A stretch of 64,000 nt of DNA from a virus. The position numbers and the translations under genes were made by a program. The notes beneath the pieces were generated by a model, which was given only the letters and a program-made list of their open reading frames with translations, had not been told where the DNA came from and searched no databases. Shown piece after piece: positions 8,230-17,817 of the stretch (the first letter of the stretch is position 1; each line of letters opens with the position of its first letter). The stretch is taken from IMG/VR virus record IMGVR_UViG_3300042898_004337, positions 5,607 through 69,606 of that record; one strand, given 5' to 3'.

Positions 8230-9710
8230 TAAGAAAACTATTTTTAATAATGTTGTTGCTGTGCTCTAATGCGTTTGCTGCTATTACTGATTTAAAACTT
8301 AGTACTGCACAGATATTCGATGTTCAGTGGAACATAAGCGGTGGCAGATTATATGCCAGCGGATTCAATTACATCTATGCGTCAGTAAACTATGCCACAC
8401 AAACTACCAGTGCGGCACGATGGACTTTAGCACAGACGCAGGATGCTAACAGCAATGGTAGATATATTGGATTCTTCAACAGCACTACCAATCCTGGTAC
8501 TTATGGTATGGCGGTGTTTAATAGTGACGGTACAAGATACAAAACAATCAACAATACAGGATCTTTCCGTGCCCTAGCAGATGGTGCTATTTTCTATAAT
8601 GGTAATGGAATGTGGGGAACATTAATTACAACAGGGCAAGGATATAACAACGGACAAAGTGGTAATTGGGCAGTGACTCAAGACAACCCGAATAACGCAC
8701 AATTACAGGCATACACGCCCCCTAGTTCAACTCCATTAGCAGCTGGACAAACTGCCGGAAGCAGTAGTCCAACAGTAACTGGTACTAGCACAACTAACAG
8801 CGTGTCTACGTCAAGTTCGAGTTCTAACACAAGTTCTGTTACTGTAACTCGTCCTACTACCACAGGAAATTTTAATGATGTGTTTGTTGGAACAACTACA
8901 GTAACTACGACTACAACTACTCCGGTTACTACTACAACCTATAGTGACGGTAGTACAACAACCAGTAACGGTAATCCTACCACAACTTCTAGCACTACTT
9001 ACGTTATTACACCAACCTATGGTACAGCACCTGTTTATTCTCGCACTGCTCCTAACATCGGTGGCAACAGCATCTATATCAAACAGGTTACTGCTGGATC
9101 AAACAACTCTGTTACATTAGAGCAAGATGGAAATAACAATGCCATTACAGGAACTGACAGCGGTTGGGCAACGTTAAATGGAAACAATAACATATTAAGC
9201 ATAAAGCAGTTTGGTCAAGGTAACATTGCAGGTGTTAAAATGAATGCCTGGGGCAACAATATTGACATTAAGCAACAGACTGCTAACGGTGGTGATGTCA
9301 ACAACAATATATTCAATTTTGAAAGTGCTGGTAATGGTAATGCAGTCACTGCTCAACAACAGAGCAATAACAATACCGCTAGTGTAAAAACTACATGGGA
9401 TATTAATACTGTAAACATTACACAAAAGACTGGAACAGGTAATGCAAGTTATGCTACATTAACAGGCAATTGGAACACTGTTAACAACACACAAGCCGGC
9501 AGCAACAATCTAAGCATTGTAAATGTCAGCGGAGACAACAACTCAGCAACAGTTAATCAAACTGGCACAGGACACAGTACTTTATTAAACTTAATTGGTA
9601 ATAAAAACACTGTTAGCGTCACACAAACAGGTGTAGGAGATGCCTACACACTACAACAGACCTGTACAAATCCAGCAGGCTGCTCGGTATCAGTTATTAG
9701 AAACAAGTAA
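8226..9710 (+). CDS. secreted protein with N-terminal domain, Thr-rich linker and C-terminal curlin repeats
   Basis: signal peptide; long T/S-rich tract; about 9 C-terminal Q.G.GN.A..Q repeats. Confidence 0.6.
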   Translation: MIRKLFLIMLLLCSNAFAAITDLKLSTAQIFDVQWNISGGRLYASGFNYIYASVNYATQTTSAARWTLAQTQDANSNGRYIGFFNSTTNPGTYGMAVFNSDGTRYKTINNTGSFRALADGAIFYNGNGMWGTLITTGQGYNNGQSGNWAVTQDNPNNAQLQAYTPPSSTPLAAGQTAGSSSPTVTGTSTTNSVSTSSSSSNTSSVTVTRPTTTGNFNDVFVGTTTVTTTTTTPVTTTTYSDGSTTTSNGNPTTTSSTTYVITPTYGTAPVYSRTAPNIGGNSIYIKQVTAGSNNSVTLEQDGNNNAITGTDSGWATLNGNNNILSIKQFGQGNIAGVKMNAWGNNIDIKQQTANGGDVNNNIFNFESAGNGNAVTAQQQSNNNTASVKTTWDINTVNITQKTGTGNASYATLTGNWNTVNNTQAGSNNLSIVNVSGDNNSATVNQTGTGHSTLLNLIGNKNTVSVTQTGVGDAYTLQQTCTNPAGCSVSVIRNK

Positions 9711-9729
9711 ATTTTGCTATAAATAACTG

Positions 9730-10062
9730 ATGCGATTCGACGACCTTATTAAAAAACCTGCCAAACCGCAGAAGCCATTGACCTATACAGAAAGTTTACA
9801 GGCTAAACTTGATGCAGAAATGGCGGATAAACCTGCTCCAAAATTTACAGCATTAGAATATGCTATGATGGAAGGTGGTCACAGTTTAGAAGAAAACTTT
9901 GCAGATGGTAAGAACCCGCAAGACAAAGGCGACAGCAAGCGTCACGGTGTTCCTACTAAATCGTCAGTAAGTACACTGCGTAAGGTTGCCAAGCAAGGTG
10001 GTCGAAAAGGTCAGTTAGCACATTGGATGGCCAATATGAAAGCAGGGAAGGCTAAGAAATGA
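9730..10062 (+). CDS. hypothetical basic protein
   Basis: ORF track; Lys-rich. Confidence 0.4.
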   Translation: MRFDDLIKKPAKPQKPLTYTESLQAKLDAEMADKPAPKFTALEYAMMEGGHSLEENFADGKNPQDKGDSKRHGVPTKSSVSTLRKVAKQGGRKGQLAHWMANMKAGKAKK

Positions 10063-10346
10063 AGATTCAAGAACTTTTAGAAGACTGGAACAAAGTCAAC
10101 AAACAAGACAAGACAGATGGCCTTAGTCAAAAGGCTGTTAATGCTTATCGTAGAGAGAATCCAGGCAGCAAACTTAAGACTGCTGTAACTACTAAGCCTA
10201 GTAAATTAAAAGCAGGCAGCAAGGATGCTAAACGCCGCAAGAGTTTTTGTGCTCGCATGTCGGGTAACAAAGGCCCTATGAAGGACGAGAAAGGTCGTCC
10301 AACTCCTAAAGCCAAAGCACTGTCTCGCTGGAACTGCGAGGAATAA
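10059..10346 (+). CDS. hypothetical basic protein
   Basis: ATGA overlap with upstream ORF. Confidence 0.4.
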   Translation: MKIQELLEDWNKVNKQDKTDGLSQKAVNAYRRENPGSKLKTAVTTKPSKLKAGSKDAKRRKSFCARMSGNKGPMKDEKGRPTPKAKALSRWNCEE

Positions 10347-10349
10347 AAT

Positions 10350-12413
10350 ATGAAAAAAATATTACTAAGCCCGTGGTTGGCATTAATTACATTGGTATTG
10401 ATAGCAGGTGTCAGATTTGCAGATCCTGCATTTGTTGAATCAGTTAGACTGCGATACTTCGATCAACTTATCATTAGCCAACCTAAACAAGACATTCCTG
10501 TACATACTGTTAATATAGATGAAGCTGCATTAGACAAGTATGGACAATTCCCTTTTCCTCGAGGACTATATGCTGACATTATTAAAGACCTATATGATAG
10601 AAACGCTGGACTTGTTGTGCTCAATATCCTCATGCCTGAATCAGATCGATTCAATCAAGATACTCAACTGGCCAAAGCCTTAGAAAAATATTCAGTGGTG
10701 CTGCCGCAGGTTGCCAGCACCACAGGCAAGAATAAGACGTTCGGAAGTGCTGTACAAATTGTAGGCGTTGACCCAGAAGGTAGTCTAGTAGAATATCCAG
10801 GTATTATCGCCAACGTTCCTATGCTAGAAGAACGTGCGGCTGGTGTAGGTGTTGTAAATACTTTTCCTGAAATAGACGGTGTTGTTCGTCGTATGCCGTT
10901 GCTAATACTAAGCGGAGAAACTGTGCATCCTGCAATCGGTTTAGAAACACTTAGGACTGCGGCAGGAGATACAAAAATACAAGTTAAGATTACAGACATG
11001 GGGGTTGAAGCAGTGCGTATTCCTAAACTGAATCGCATCAACGTAGATCCATTGAGTCGTGTATGGATTGATTGGAGCCAGCAACCCAAGCAACACAGTC
11101 TTGCCAAATTGCCCAAAGACTTCAACGGTGAAATCGTTATAGTGGGATTAAGTGCGGCAGGATTAGTTCAACCAGTAGCTACTGCTCGCGGCGAAATTTG
11201 GCCACAGGATATGCAGGCAAGTTTATTAGGTACAATGCTTAACGGCAAAACTATTCAGCGTCCAGGCTACGCAGATGACTTAGAAACAGTAGCTATTCTA
11301 ATTGCAGGTATATTGCTATTATTTTTAACGAGGTGGACCTATGCGGGATTGGCAGCGACAGTTGTTATTATTGGCGGTGGCATTGCTGGCAGCATCTATG
11401 CTTACAGCAGTCTTTTATTCTTATTCGATGCTACTGCCTTTGCAGTTGGCACAACTTTGGTCGCTCTGCATGCCTATGGCATCAAGTTTGTAAGCGAGTT
11501 CCTACAGAAGAGTCAGATTAAGAAACAGTTTGGCAGTTACGTAAATCCTGTTATTGTTGAACGCTTACAAAAAGATCCTAGCTTTATCAAACTGGGTGGT
11601 GAGAAGAAAGATTTAACTGTTATCATGAGCGACATGCGTAACTTTACGGGACTAGGTGAGACATACGGTGATGACGTTGTGGCATTTACACAGACTATGA
11701 ACCGTTACATGACTGCCATTGCGGAGCCTATACTGCGTAACAATGGGTGTTTGATCAAGTTCATAGGTGATGCGTCATTACACGTACACGGTGCTCCTAT
11801 TCAAGAAGAACAAGATCCGGATCATGTGTTAGCAGGAGTGCGTACAGGTCTTGAAATGTTGCACGCTGTTGAGCTGTTTAATATTGAACTTACCAAAGAA
11901 GGTAAGCCCTTAGTAGGTTGCGGATTGGGTATCAACACTGGCCCTACACTAATTGGTAACATTGGTAGTAAGGATCGATTTGGTTATGACGTACTAGGCG
12001 ACTCAGTAAGTTTAACTGCTCGACTAGAAGGACAGACCAAGAACTATGGTGTGTTGATCATCATTAGCGAGTTTACACAGGCTCGAGTAGGCGACAATTA
12101 CTTTACAATTCCATTAGACTGTATTGCTGTTAAAGGTAAGACTATTGGCGTTAACATATTCACAGTGTTTTACAATCCAGATGCCACTGTGGCAGCAGAT
12201 TGGATCATGGCTCGAGAGCATCATGAACTAATGTTAGAATATTATCGTCAACAACAGTGGGACAAGGCCATTACACTGTGCCAAGAACTTACAGGTGAGT
12301 TTGACGGCAAGATGGATCACTATTACGAATTATGGATTGAGCGTATTGCTGAGATGCGTACAAGAGATCTAGCCGCAGATTGGGACGGTACCTACAGAGC
12401 TACATCAAAGTGA
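10350..12413 (+). CDS. CHASE2 sensor domain-containing adenylate/guanylate cyclase (class III)
   Basis: GAGGA RBS; N-terminal TM plus periplasmic domain, internal TM helices, C-terminal LTVIMSDMRNFTGLGE...FIGDA..HVHGAP cyclase motifs. Confidence 0.7.
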   Translation: MKKILLSPWLALITLVLIAGVRFADPAFVESVRLRYFDQLIISQPKQDIPVHTVNIDEAALDKYGQFPFPRGLYADIIKDLYDRNAGLVVLNILMPESDRFNQDTQLAKALEKYSVVLPQVASTTGKNKTFGSAVQIVGVDPEGSLVEYPGIIANVPMLEERAAGVGVVNTFPEIDGVVRRMPLLILSGETVHPAIGLETLRTAAGDTKIQVKITDMGVEAVRIPKLNRINVDPLSRVWIDWSQQPKQHSLAKLPKDFNGEIVIVGLSAAGLVQPVATARGEIWPQDMQASLLGTMLNGKTIQRPGYADDLETVAILIAGILLLFLTRWTYAGLAATVVIIGGGIAGSIYAYSSLLFLFDATAFAVGTTLVALHAYGIKFVSEFLQKSQIKKQFGSYVNPVIVERLQKDPSFIKLGGEKKDLTVIMSDMRNFTGLGETYGDDVVAFTQTMNRYMTAIAEPILRNNGCLIKFIGDASLHVHGAPIQEEQDPDHVLAGVRTGLEMLHAVELFNIELTKEGKPLVGCGLGINTGPTLIGNIGSKDRFGYDVLGDSVSLTARLEGQTKNYGVLIIISEFTQARVGDNYFTIPLDCIAVKGKTIGVNIFTVFYNPDATVAADWIMAREHHELMLEYYRQQQWDKAITLCQELTGEFDGKMDHYYELWIERIAEMRTRDLAADWDGTYRATSK

Positions 12414-12432
12414 TAGAAGATGTTCTAGATGA

Positions 12433-12480
12433 ATATGCCAGGCTTTGGATCCTGGCATATTATTGGCCTTATTTTGTTTT
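12433..12480. terminator. bidirectional rho-independent terminator between convergent genes
   Basis: 10-bp stem ATATGCCAGG/CCTGGCATAT, 8-nt loop, followed by T-rich run. Confidence 0.55.
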
Positions 12481-12506
12481 AGGAAACTCTGACAACATTA
12501 AAGAAA

Positions 12507-12869
12507 TTAATCGTCTGCTGCTGCGTCGTTAATTTCTTTCTGTGTAAATTTTCTTTGAGGTATCGGAGATAGTTTTTTTTTAACGGGCTCGGGTTCTTTG
12601 TTTATAGATGCATCAGCAGCAATACGTTCTTTCTCAATGGTCTTGCCACGTAGTTCCATAACAGTTTCAACTTTTTGATTTAATCTGATAAGATCATTGT
12701 CTAACATTCTGATACGATCAATCAGTGCAATTAGTGTCCCGTTAGCTTGTCCTATAACAGGTTTGATTTCCGTGGTCACCCAAGTCCATACATAGTATAT
12801 GAAGTAGCCCATTCCGCCAGCGGCCACAATAGGAAATCCATACTTGTTGACTATTTCAACTATATCCAT
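12507..12869 (-). CDS. small membrane/coiled-coil protein (paralogue of 13196-13471)
   Basis: start MDIVEIVNKYGFPIVAAGGMGYF; one TM segment then coiled coil. Confidence 0.5.
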   Translation of the reverse strand: MDIVEIVNKYGFPIVAAGGMGYFIYYVWTWVTTEIKPVIGQANGTLIALIDRIRMLDNDLIRLNQKVETVMELRGKTIEKERIAADASINKEPEPVKKKLSPIPQRKFTQKEINDAAADD

Positions 12870-12870
12870 A

Positions 12871-13049
12871 TTACTTGTACCCCCTGTTAAATTTAACCAC
12901 AGGATCAACTTTAACTAGTTCAATCCTGCCGTCTGTGTTTCTAACTTCAAAATGATCACCAGCACGCCATTCTAATTTGTCTATATTAATTTCTCTATCT
13001 AGAATTATTCGATCTTTTCGAAGATCCCAATCATAGTCCATGTATTTCA
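12871..13049 (-). CDS. hypothetical small protein (about 59 aa)
   Basis: ATGA-coupled small ORF MKYMDYDWDL... between paralogues; coordinates approximate. Confidence 0.3.
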
Positions 13050-13195
13050 TCGGGCATTTTCCACTGTGTTAAGAATAAGATAGACCTGTCGGTAAGCCTC
13101 TTCAATCATTTCTAACTGTTCTTCGCTTAATTCGCTCTGTTCAAAATTTACTAAATCTTTTGCCAGTTCAGTCTGTAGTTGTTTAATTGCATTCA
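13047..13195 (-). CDS. hypothetical small protein (about 49 aa)
   Basis: ATG immediately follows stop of upstream gene; MNAIKQLQTELAKDL...; coordinates approximate. Confidence 0.3.
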
Positions 13196-13471
13196 TTAAT
13201 CTTTCCTTTGGTCGACTTGATCAGCACGAGCAATTCGATCATAATCGGGCTGTAAGCCCAACGCATGACTTACTTTAACATCGATACGTTGCAATTGATT
13301 AGTCATAGTATCAACCCGACTGTCTAGACCTTTAATAATGCCGCCCATTCCGTTTACGCTAGATGTCACTCCGGCTAAAATAAACTTCAGCGTTAGGAAA
13401 ACAAAGTAGCCAGCAGCCATTGCACCGGCTATCGGAAATCCTAGTTCTGCTACTAATTTTAAAAAATCCAT
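13196..13471 (-). CDS. small membrane/coiled-coil protein (paralogue of 12507-12869)
   Basis: MDFLKLVAELGFPIAGAMAAGYFVFL parallels MDIVEIVNKYGFPIVAAGGMGYFIYY. Confidence 0.5.
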   Translation of the reverse strand: MDFLKLVAELGFPIAGAMAAGYFVFLTLKFILAGVTSSVNGMGGIIKGLDSRVDTMTNQLQRIDVKVSHALGLQPDYDRIARADQVDQRKD

Positions 13472-13579
13472 ATCTTGCTCCGGTTTATTATATTTACAGT
13501 TAATGGTAAAATTAATATAGTAGTAGATAATTTTATTCTGTGCGTATATAATGTACTAAATATCTCAAAGGAACAGATC

Positions 13580-14191
13580 ATGTTTAACAAGAATAGACCA
13601 GTGGGCATAGAAAGTATTAAAAGCTATGCCCAAAAAATTGAAAGTGGATTTTTAGAAAAATACCTAAGTGGTAAAAACATTCTAGAAATTGGATATCAGG
13701 GATACAATGCAGGACGTGAAGTCGTACCCATTGTAGAAAACGCCATTGGCATTGATCAAGGTTATCCAGGCTATGACGGATTACACTTGCCATTTGAAGA
13801 TGCTAGTCAGGATGCAATTTACAGCAGTCATGTACTAGAACATATTCCGCACTGGGAACAAGCGTTACAAGAATGGTTCCGTGTACTAAAAGTAGGCGGC
13901 TATATGGTCATTGTTGTTCCACACTGGTTACTCTACGAAAAGAAGAAAGACTTGCCTAGTCGTTTTGCTGGAGTAGGGCATTTCCGTTACTATCTACCTA
14001 GCACCTTACTTGCAGAAGTACAAGAGGCACTCCCACTAGGTGAATGGCGCTTACGTCACATGTGTGACAACGATACGGGCTTTGACTACAGTTTACCTGA
14101 TACAACACACAGCGAAGGATGCTACGAAATTGAGTGTGTGATTGAAAAGATTGCAGACCCAGCATACATTACACAGATGATGAACAGATGA
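13580..14191 (+). CDS. SAM-dependent methyltransferase (class I)
   Basis: ATG at 13580 after AAAGGAACAG; LEIGYQGYN...HVLEHIPH..., VLKVGGYMV methyltransferase-like motifs. Confidence 0.55.
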   Translation: MFNKNRPVGIESIKSYAQKIESGFLEKYLSGKNILEIGYQGYNAGREVVPIVENAIGIDQGYPGYDGLHLPFEDASQDAIYSSHVLEHIPHWEQALQEWFRVLKVGGYMVIVVPHWLLYEKKKDLPSRFAGVGHFRYYLPSTLLAEVQEALPLGEWRLRHMCDNDTGFDYSLPDTTHSEGCYEIECVIEKIADPAYITQMMNR

Positions 14192-15621
14192 AAAGAAACT
14201 TATTAATTGTATTAAGAACTTGTACCCGTGTTAACATGCTCAACGGTGAAAACATGGGCGGCCGCTATCACAAAGTACCTAAGCATGAGCTTGTAAATGT
14301 TTGCCTTAGCAGTATTGTAGATAGTATTAATCACTGTGAAGGGCACGATGTTAAGCTAGTAGTCTTAGATGACAACAGCACACCCGAAGCAGTTGCTGAT
14401 TTTAAAATCATCCTTGCACAATGCAAATCGTCTACAGAGTTTGTAGCAGTAACAGGCGGAACTGGTGCTAGCTACACTTGCAAGAAAGTCTACGAAATTG
14501 TAGATCAACAGTGTACTGACTTGTGGTATCATGCAGAAGATGACTATCCGCATTTTCAAACTGCTATACAAGACATGCTAGATACTGTGTCACAGTTTGA
14601 AAGTATGACGGGCAAAATGATTGCTGTGAATCCACATGACGATGTTTATCGTTATACCGCACAAGTTTATCCTAGCATTTTGTTGTTTGGTCCCTACAGA
14701 CATTATCGCACGGTAAAACATAGCACTTATACATGCCTTGCTAGTCGTGCAGTCTTTGACAAGTACCGCAAACACTTTGACGATGCAGCGGAATGGATTC
14801 TACGCAAAGATGAAAATGACACTATTAATCAAGTCTGGAACAAAGACGATGTTATGATGTTCAGTCCTATCCCTAGCCTTAGTCTGCACATTACATTAGA
14901 GTCGTTAAAAGATCCTTACATTGACTTTGAAGGGTTGTGGTACAGTATTCCGCAACTGTGGAAGCGTGGTGATCCTAGTAAGTACGCTATTGTTAGTATG
15001 TTCAATGAGCCGCACTACGAATTAGCAGAACATACTTGGACTAACAATAAAGTCAAGTATGCAGAACAACACGGCTATCTAGCATCAGCTAAACGAGATA
15101 ACTTTAGTCCAGAAGCAGTACACTTTGACAAATTTACACACATTCTTGATACGTTTAATAAGAACCCCGATCTAGCATGGATATGGTGGCTAGACAACGA
15201 TGCTATGATCACTAACTACAATCTCAAGATAGAAGATGTAATCGATGATAGCTATGATATTATTATGGCCACTGACATTGCCAGCCTTAACACAGGCAGC
15301 TTCTTTGTTAAGAACAGTGAAAATAGTCGCGTGTGGTTAGAGGACATGATCAGCAAACGCAAAGACTACCTCAACGATAAGAAATGGTTTGATCAACAGT
15401 GCGTGATCGACACCTATGTTACTTACAAGGACATCATCAAGTTGGTTCCTCAAAAGTCTATCAACAGTTATGACTATAGGATGTATAATGTACAGGGTAT
15501 AGACATGTTAGGTAATAACGGACAATGGGAACATGGTGACTGGGTTGTACATTGGCCAGGATTACACAACGGTTTACGAATTCAGCTTGCAGAAAAGTTT
15601 GCTAAAATTACAAACAAGTAA
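14188..15621 (+). CDS. putative two-domain glycosyltransferase
   Basis: LVVLDDNSTPE (GT-A-like) and WWLDNDAMI...TGSFFVKNS (nucleotide-sugar transferase DXD) motifs. Confidence 0.4.
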   Translation: MKRNLLIVLRTCTRVNMLNGENMGGRYHKVPKHELVNVCLSSIVDSINHCEGHDVKLVVLDDNSTPEAVADFKIILAQCKSSTEFVAVTGGTGASYTCKKVYEIVDQQCTDLWYHAEDDYPHFQTAIQDMLDTVSQFESMTGKMIAVNPHDDVYRYTAQVYPSILLFGPYRHYRTVKHSTYTCLASRAVFDKYRKHFDDAAEWILRKDENDTINQVWNKDDVMMFSPIPSLSLHITLESLKDPYIDFEGLWYSIPQLWKRGDPSKYAIVSMFNEPHYELAEHTWTNNKVKYAEQHGYLASAKRDNFSPEAVHFDKFTHILDTFNKNPDLAWIWWLDNDAMITNYNLKIEDVIDDSYDIIMATDIASLNTGSFFVKNSENSRVWLEDMISKRKDYLNDKKWFDQQCVIDTYVTYKDIIKLVPQKSINSYDYRMYNVQGIDMLGNNGQWEHGDWVVHWPGLHNGLRIQLAEKFAKITNK

Positions 15622-15648
15622 TAAACTTTATCAAAAGTAAATATAGGC

Positions 15649-16524
15649 ATGACATATAAAGTATCTAGTATTCCTGAGACTCAAGACATAATTGGTTTTT
15701 TAACTTCTCAAGATGTATTTCCTGATAATTTAGTTAAAGAGTCGTTAAATGATTTTTCGTTTTATGAATTTTCTATGGACGAATTAGGATTACCTTCACC
15801 CCAAGAGTTACTAAATTCAGTTTTAAATATTAAGAATATTGTTGGGTTAAAAGGGTGGATGTCCGATGGAGTCGAAAGTCAGACTTATAAAGGTTTCAGT
15901 CTAACATATAATCCAGATTTTTGTGATGCTAACACTAGCATTTATCACCAAACTTGGGGTGCTGCTAATCTTTTACAAAGTTACGGAAGGGTGCGCGGCT
16001 TAGGAAATTTCTCTTCTATTAGAAATACATACTACGATACCTATGCATTCAGAAATCAAGCTCCTGTAATAGAAACAGAATTGGGCTATCTATTTGATCA
16101 ATTTAGTTGTCCTTTATTAAGAAGTAGAGCGGCATTCTTGAAATTACACAGATGTTTAAATTCTGATGATAGTTGGCATGTTGACGAGCCTCCTTATCAT
16201 ATGTTCCGTATAAACATTCCATTACAAACTTCTAAAGAGCATGTTTTAGAAATAAACGGCAGTGATGAATATGGAAATCATATGCAAGCAATAAGACACT
16301 TAGAAGTTGGAAAAGCCTATATCTGGAATACTCGTATACCTCATAGAGTAACCATAACGGAACCTAATGTTAATCACAAGGATAGAATACATCTTGTTCT
16401 TGGATTTGGAACTTGGATTGATTATAACAAAGACGACGACACATTTTCTAAGTCACAACGATACGGATTATCATTAAAGACTATTATTGAAGAAAAATTG
16501 TTCTTAAAAAAGAAAGGAAATTAA
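15649..16524 (+). CDS. putative 2OG-Fe(II)/PhyH-like oxygenase
   Basis: WHVDEP...H.........PHRV spacing resembles HxD...H facial triad. Confidence 0.3.
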   Translation: MTYKVSSIPETQDIIGFLTSQDVFPDNLVKESLNDFSFYEFSMDELGLPSPQELLNSVLNIKNIVGLKGWMSDGVESQTYKGFSLTYNPDFCDANTSIYHQTWGAANLLQSYGRVRGLGNFSSIRNTYYDTYAFRNQAPVIETELGYLFDQFSCPLLRSRAAFLKLHRCLNSDDSWHVDEPPYHMFRINIPLQTSKEHVLEINGSDEYGNHMQAIRHLEVGKAYIWNTRIPHRVTITEPNVNHKDRIHLVLGFGTWIDYNKDDDTFSKSQRYGLSLKTIIEEKLFLKKKGN

Positions 16525-17289
16525 ATGAGTTTAGAAAAAGAAAAACAAATTATAGATACAATTAGAAGATGTCAACGAAATTGGGATCATTCTAAATCCA
16601 TTCCGCAAGAACATATAGATCACTGGATTTACGTTGCACAACATTCTCCTTCTAAACAGGACGAGTCCTATTTCAATCTTTACGTGATTACTGATAAAAC
16701 TAAAATTGAGTTATTGTCAAACCACACCTGGGGACATACAATGGAAATTGCCCCGGGCAATTTCACAGGTGTAACTAGAAATACGCAAATGTTTGCAAAT
16801 GCCTATTTTCTTTTTACATTCAAACTTCCACCAACCATTAGAGAGATAAGACCAGACGGCCGCCTCTATAACCAAACCGGGCCAGAGGCTGAAGAAAGAA
16901 AAAGGAATGGGTATGTTGCTATAGGAATAGCGGCAGGGCTTATTGCCCAAAGTGCGGGGGATCTAGGATATAAAACAGGATTCAATACTAATCATAATAG
17001 TCACGCTCGAGGCGGCCCTGATCAATCAAAAGTATGGCACGAAACATTAGGTATCAGTTTGTCTGAAAATATAGTAGTTGGTCTAGGGATAGGGTATCCT
17101 GAAGAGGGAAAAGCTAGAAATGAACATAATGAAAAAGAGTTTTTAATTGGTATGCATCCCGGAATACGACATAATGTCAATGACGACTATATTATAATTA
17201 ACGGAGAGAGACACCCTACTCCTAAGATTCATTACAACACTTACAGCGAAAAAGAAAAAATGATTCAGGTCACTACATTCTTTGAATAA
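16525..17289 (+). CDS. nitroreductase-like protein
   Basis: AAGGAAA RBS; N-terminal IRRCQRNWDHSK...P...SKQDESYFNLYVITDK resembles nitroreductase family. Confidence 0.35.
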   Translation: MSLEKEKQIIDTIRRCQRNWDHSKSIPQEHIDHWIYVAQHSPSKQDESYFNLYVITDKTKIELLSNHTWGHTMEIAPGNFTGVTRNTQMFANAYFLFTFKLPPTIREIRPDGRLYNQTGPEAEERKRNGYVAIGIAAGLIAQSAGDLGYKTGFNTNHNSHARGGPDQSKVWHETLGISLSENIVVGLGIGYPEEGKARNEHNEKEFLIGMHPGIRHNVNDDYIIINGERHPTPKIHYNTYSEKEKMIQVTTFFE

Positions 17290-17328
17290 TAGTTTTTAAA
17301 AATGTTGTTAAAAAACAACACATAGATC

Positions 17329-17357
17329 TTGACAGGACTAAATAAACACTATACAAT
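17329..17357 (+). promoter_or_regulatory. sigma70 consensus promoter TTGACA-N17-TACAAT (tandem copy 1 of 3)
   Basis: seen in sequence; conserved CTAAATAA spacer motif shared with copies 2 and 3. Confidence 0.6.
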
Positions 17358-17411
17358 AGAGACTAGGTTGTAAGTTAGGTAGAGAAATTTTAGCCACTTT
17401 AAAAATAGTGG

Positions 17412-17440
17412 TTGACAAGAGAACTAAATAACTGTACACT
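17412..17440 (+). promoter_or_regulatory. sigma70 consensus promoter TTGACA-N17-TACACT (tandem copy 2)
   Basis: seen in sequence. Confidence 0.5.
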
Positions 17441-17499
17441 AGAGACTAGTTAGGAAGAGAAGTTGTTAAAAACTTTTTGTTCAAAAGAATAAAAAGAGG

Positions 17500-17528
17500 T
17501 TGACAATGATGCTAAATAACTGTATAAT
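17500..17528 (+). promoter_or_regulatory. sigma70 consensus promoter TTGACA-N17-TATAAT (tandem copy 3)
   Basis: perfect -35/-10 with 17-nt spacer. Confidence 0.65.
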
Positions 17529-17586
17529 TAACACATAGGCAGCAATGGTGCTGTCTATGTAAAGAAAGTTTTAAAGAGAAAACAAA

Positions 17587-17736
17587 ATGCAATCGTTTAA
17601 TAGACATCAACAATTTGATACGATGCCCAAACAGGCAGGCTTTAACGCCTCCAATTGGTTATCGATCGAGTGTGGTAGTCTGTCATATGATCGCACACCA
17701 GAGATTACCAGGGTCCGGGAGGGCTGGGATGTTTAA
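17587..17736 (+). CDS. hypothetical small protein (49 aa)
   Basis: ORF MQSFNRHQQFDTMPKQ... downstream of tandem promoters; no strong RBS. Confidence 0.2.
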   Translation: MQSFNRHQQFDTMPKQAGFNASNWLSIECGSLSYDRTPEITRVREGWDV

Positions 17737-17768
17737 GTAAACAACTTAATACATTTCAAAACTTCAAG

Positions 17769-17800
17769 GACCCTAGGACTAACACTCCTGGGGTTTTTTG
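17769..17800 (+). terminator. candidate rho-independent terminator
   Basis: imperfect stem CCCTAGG...CCTGGGG followed by TTTTTTGTTTT. Confidence 0.35.
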
Positions 17801-17817
17801 TTTTCCGCAAGGAAGAA

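Noticed and set aside
8740-9000. Thr/Ser-rich tract in 8226-9710 as a tandem DNA repeat or mobile element
   Set aside because: It is a low-complexity coding linker inside a continuous ORF with signal peptide and C-terminal curlin repeats, without a precise nucleotide repeat unit.
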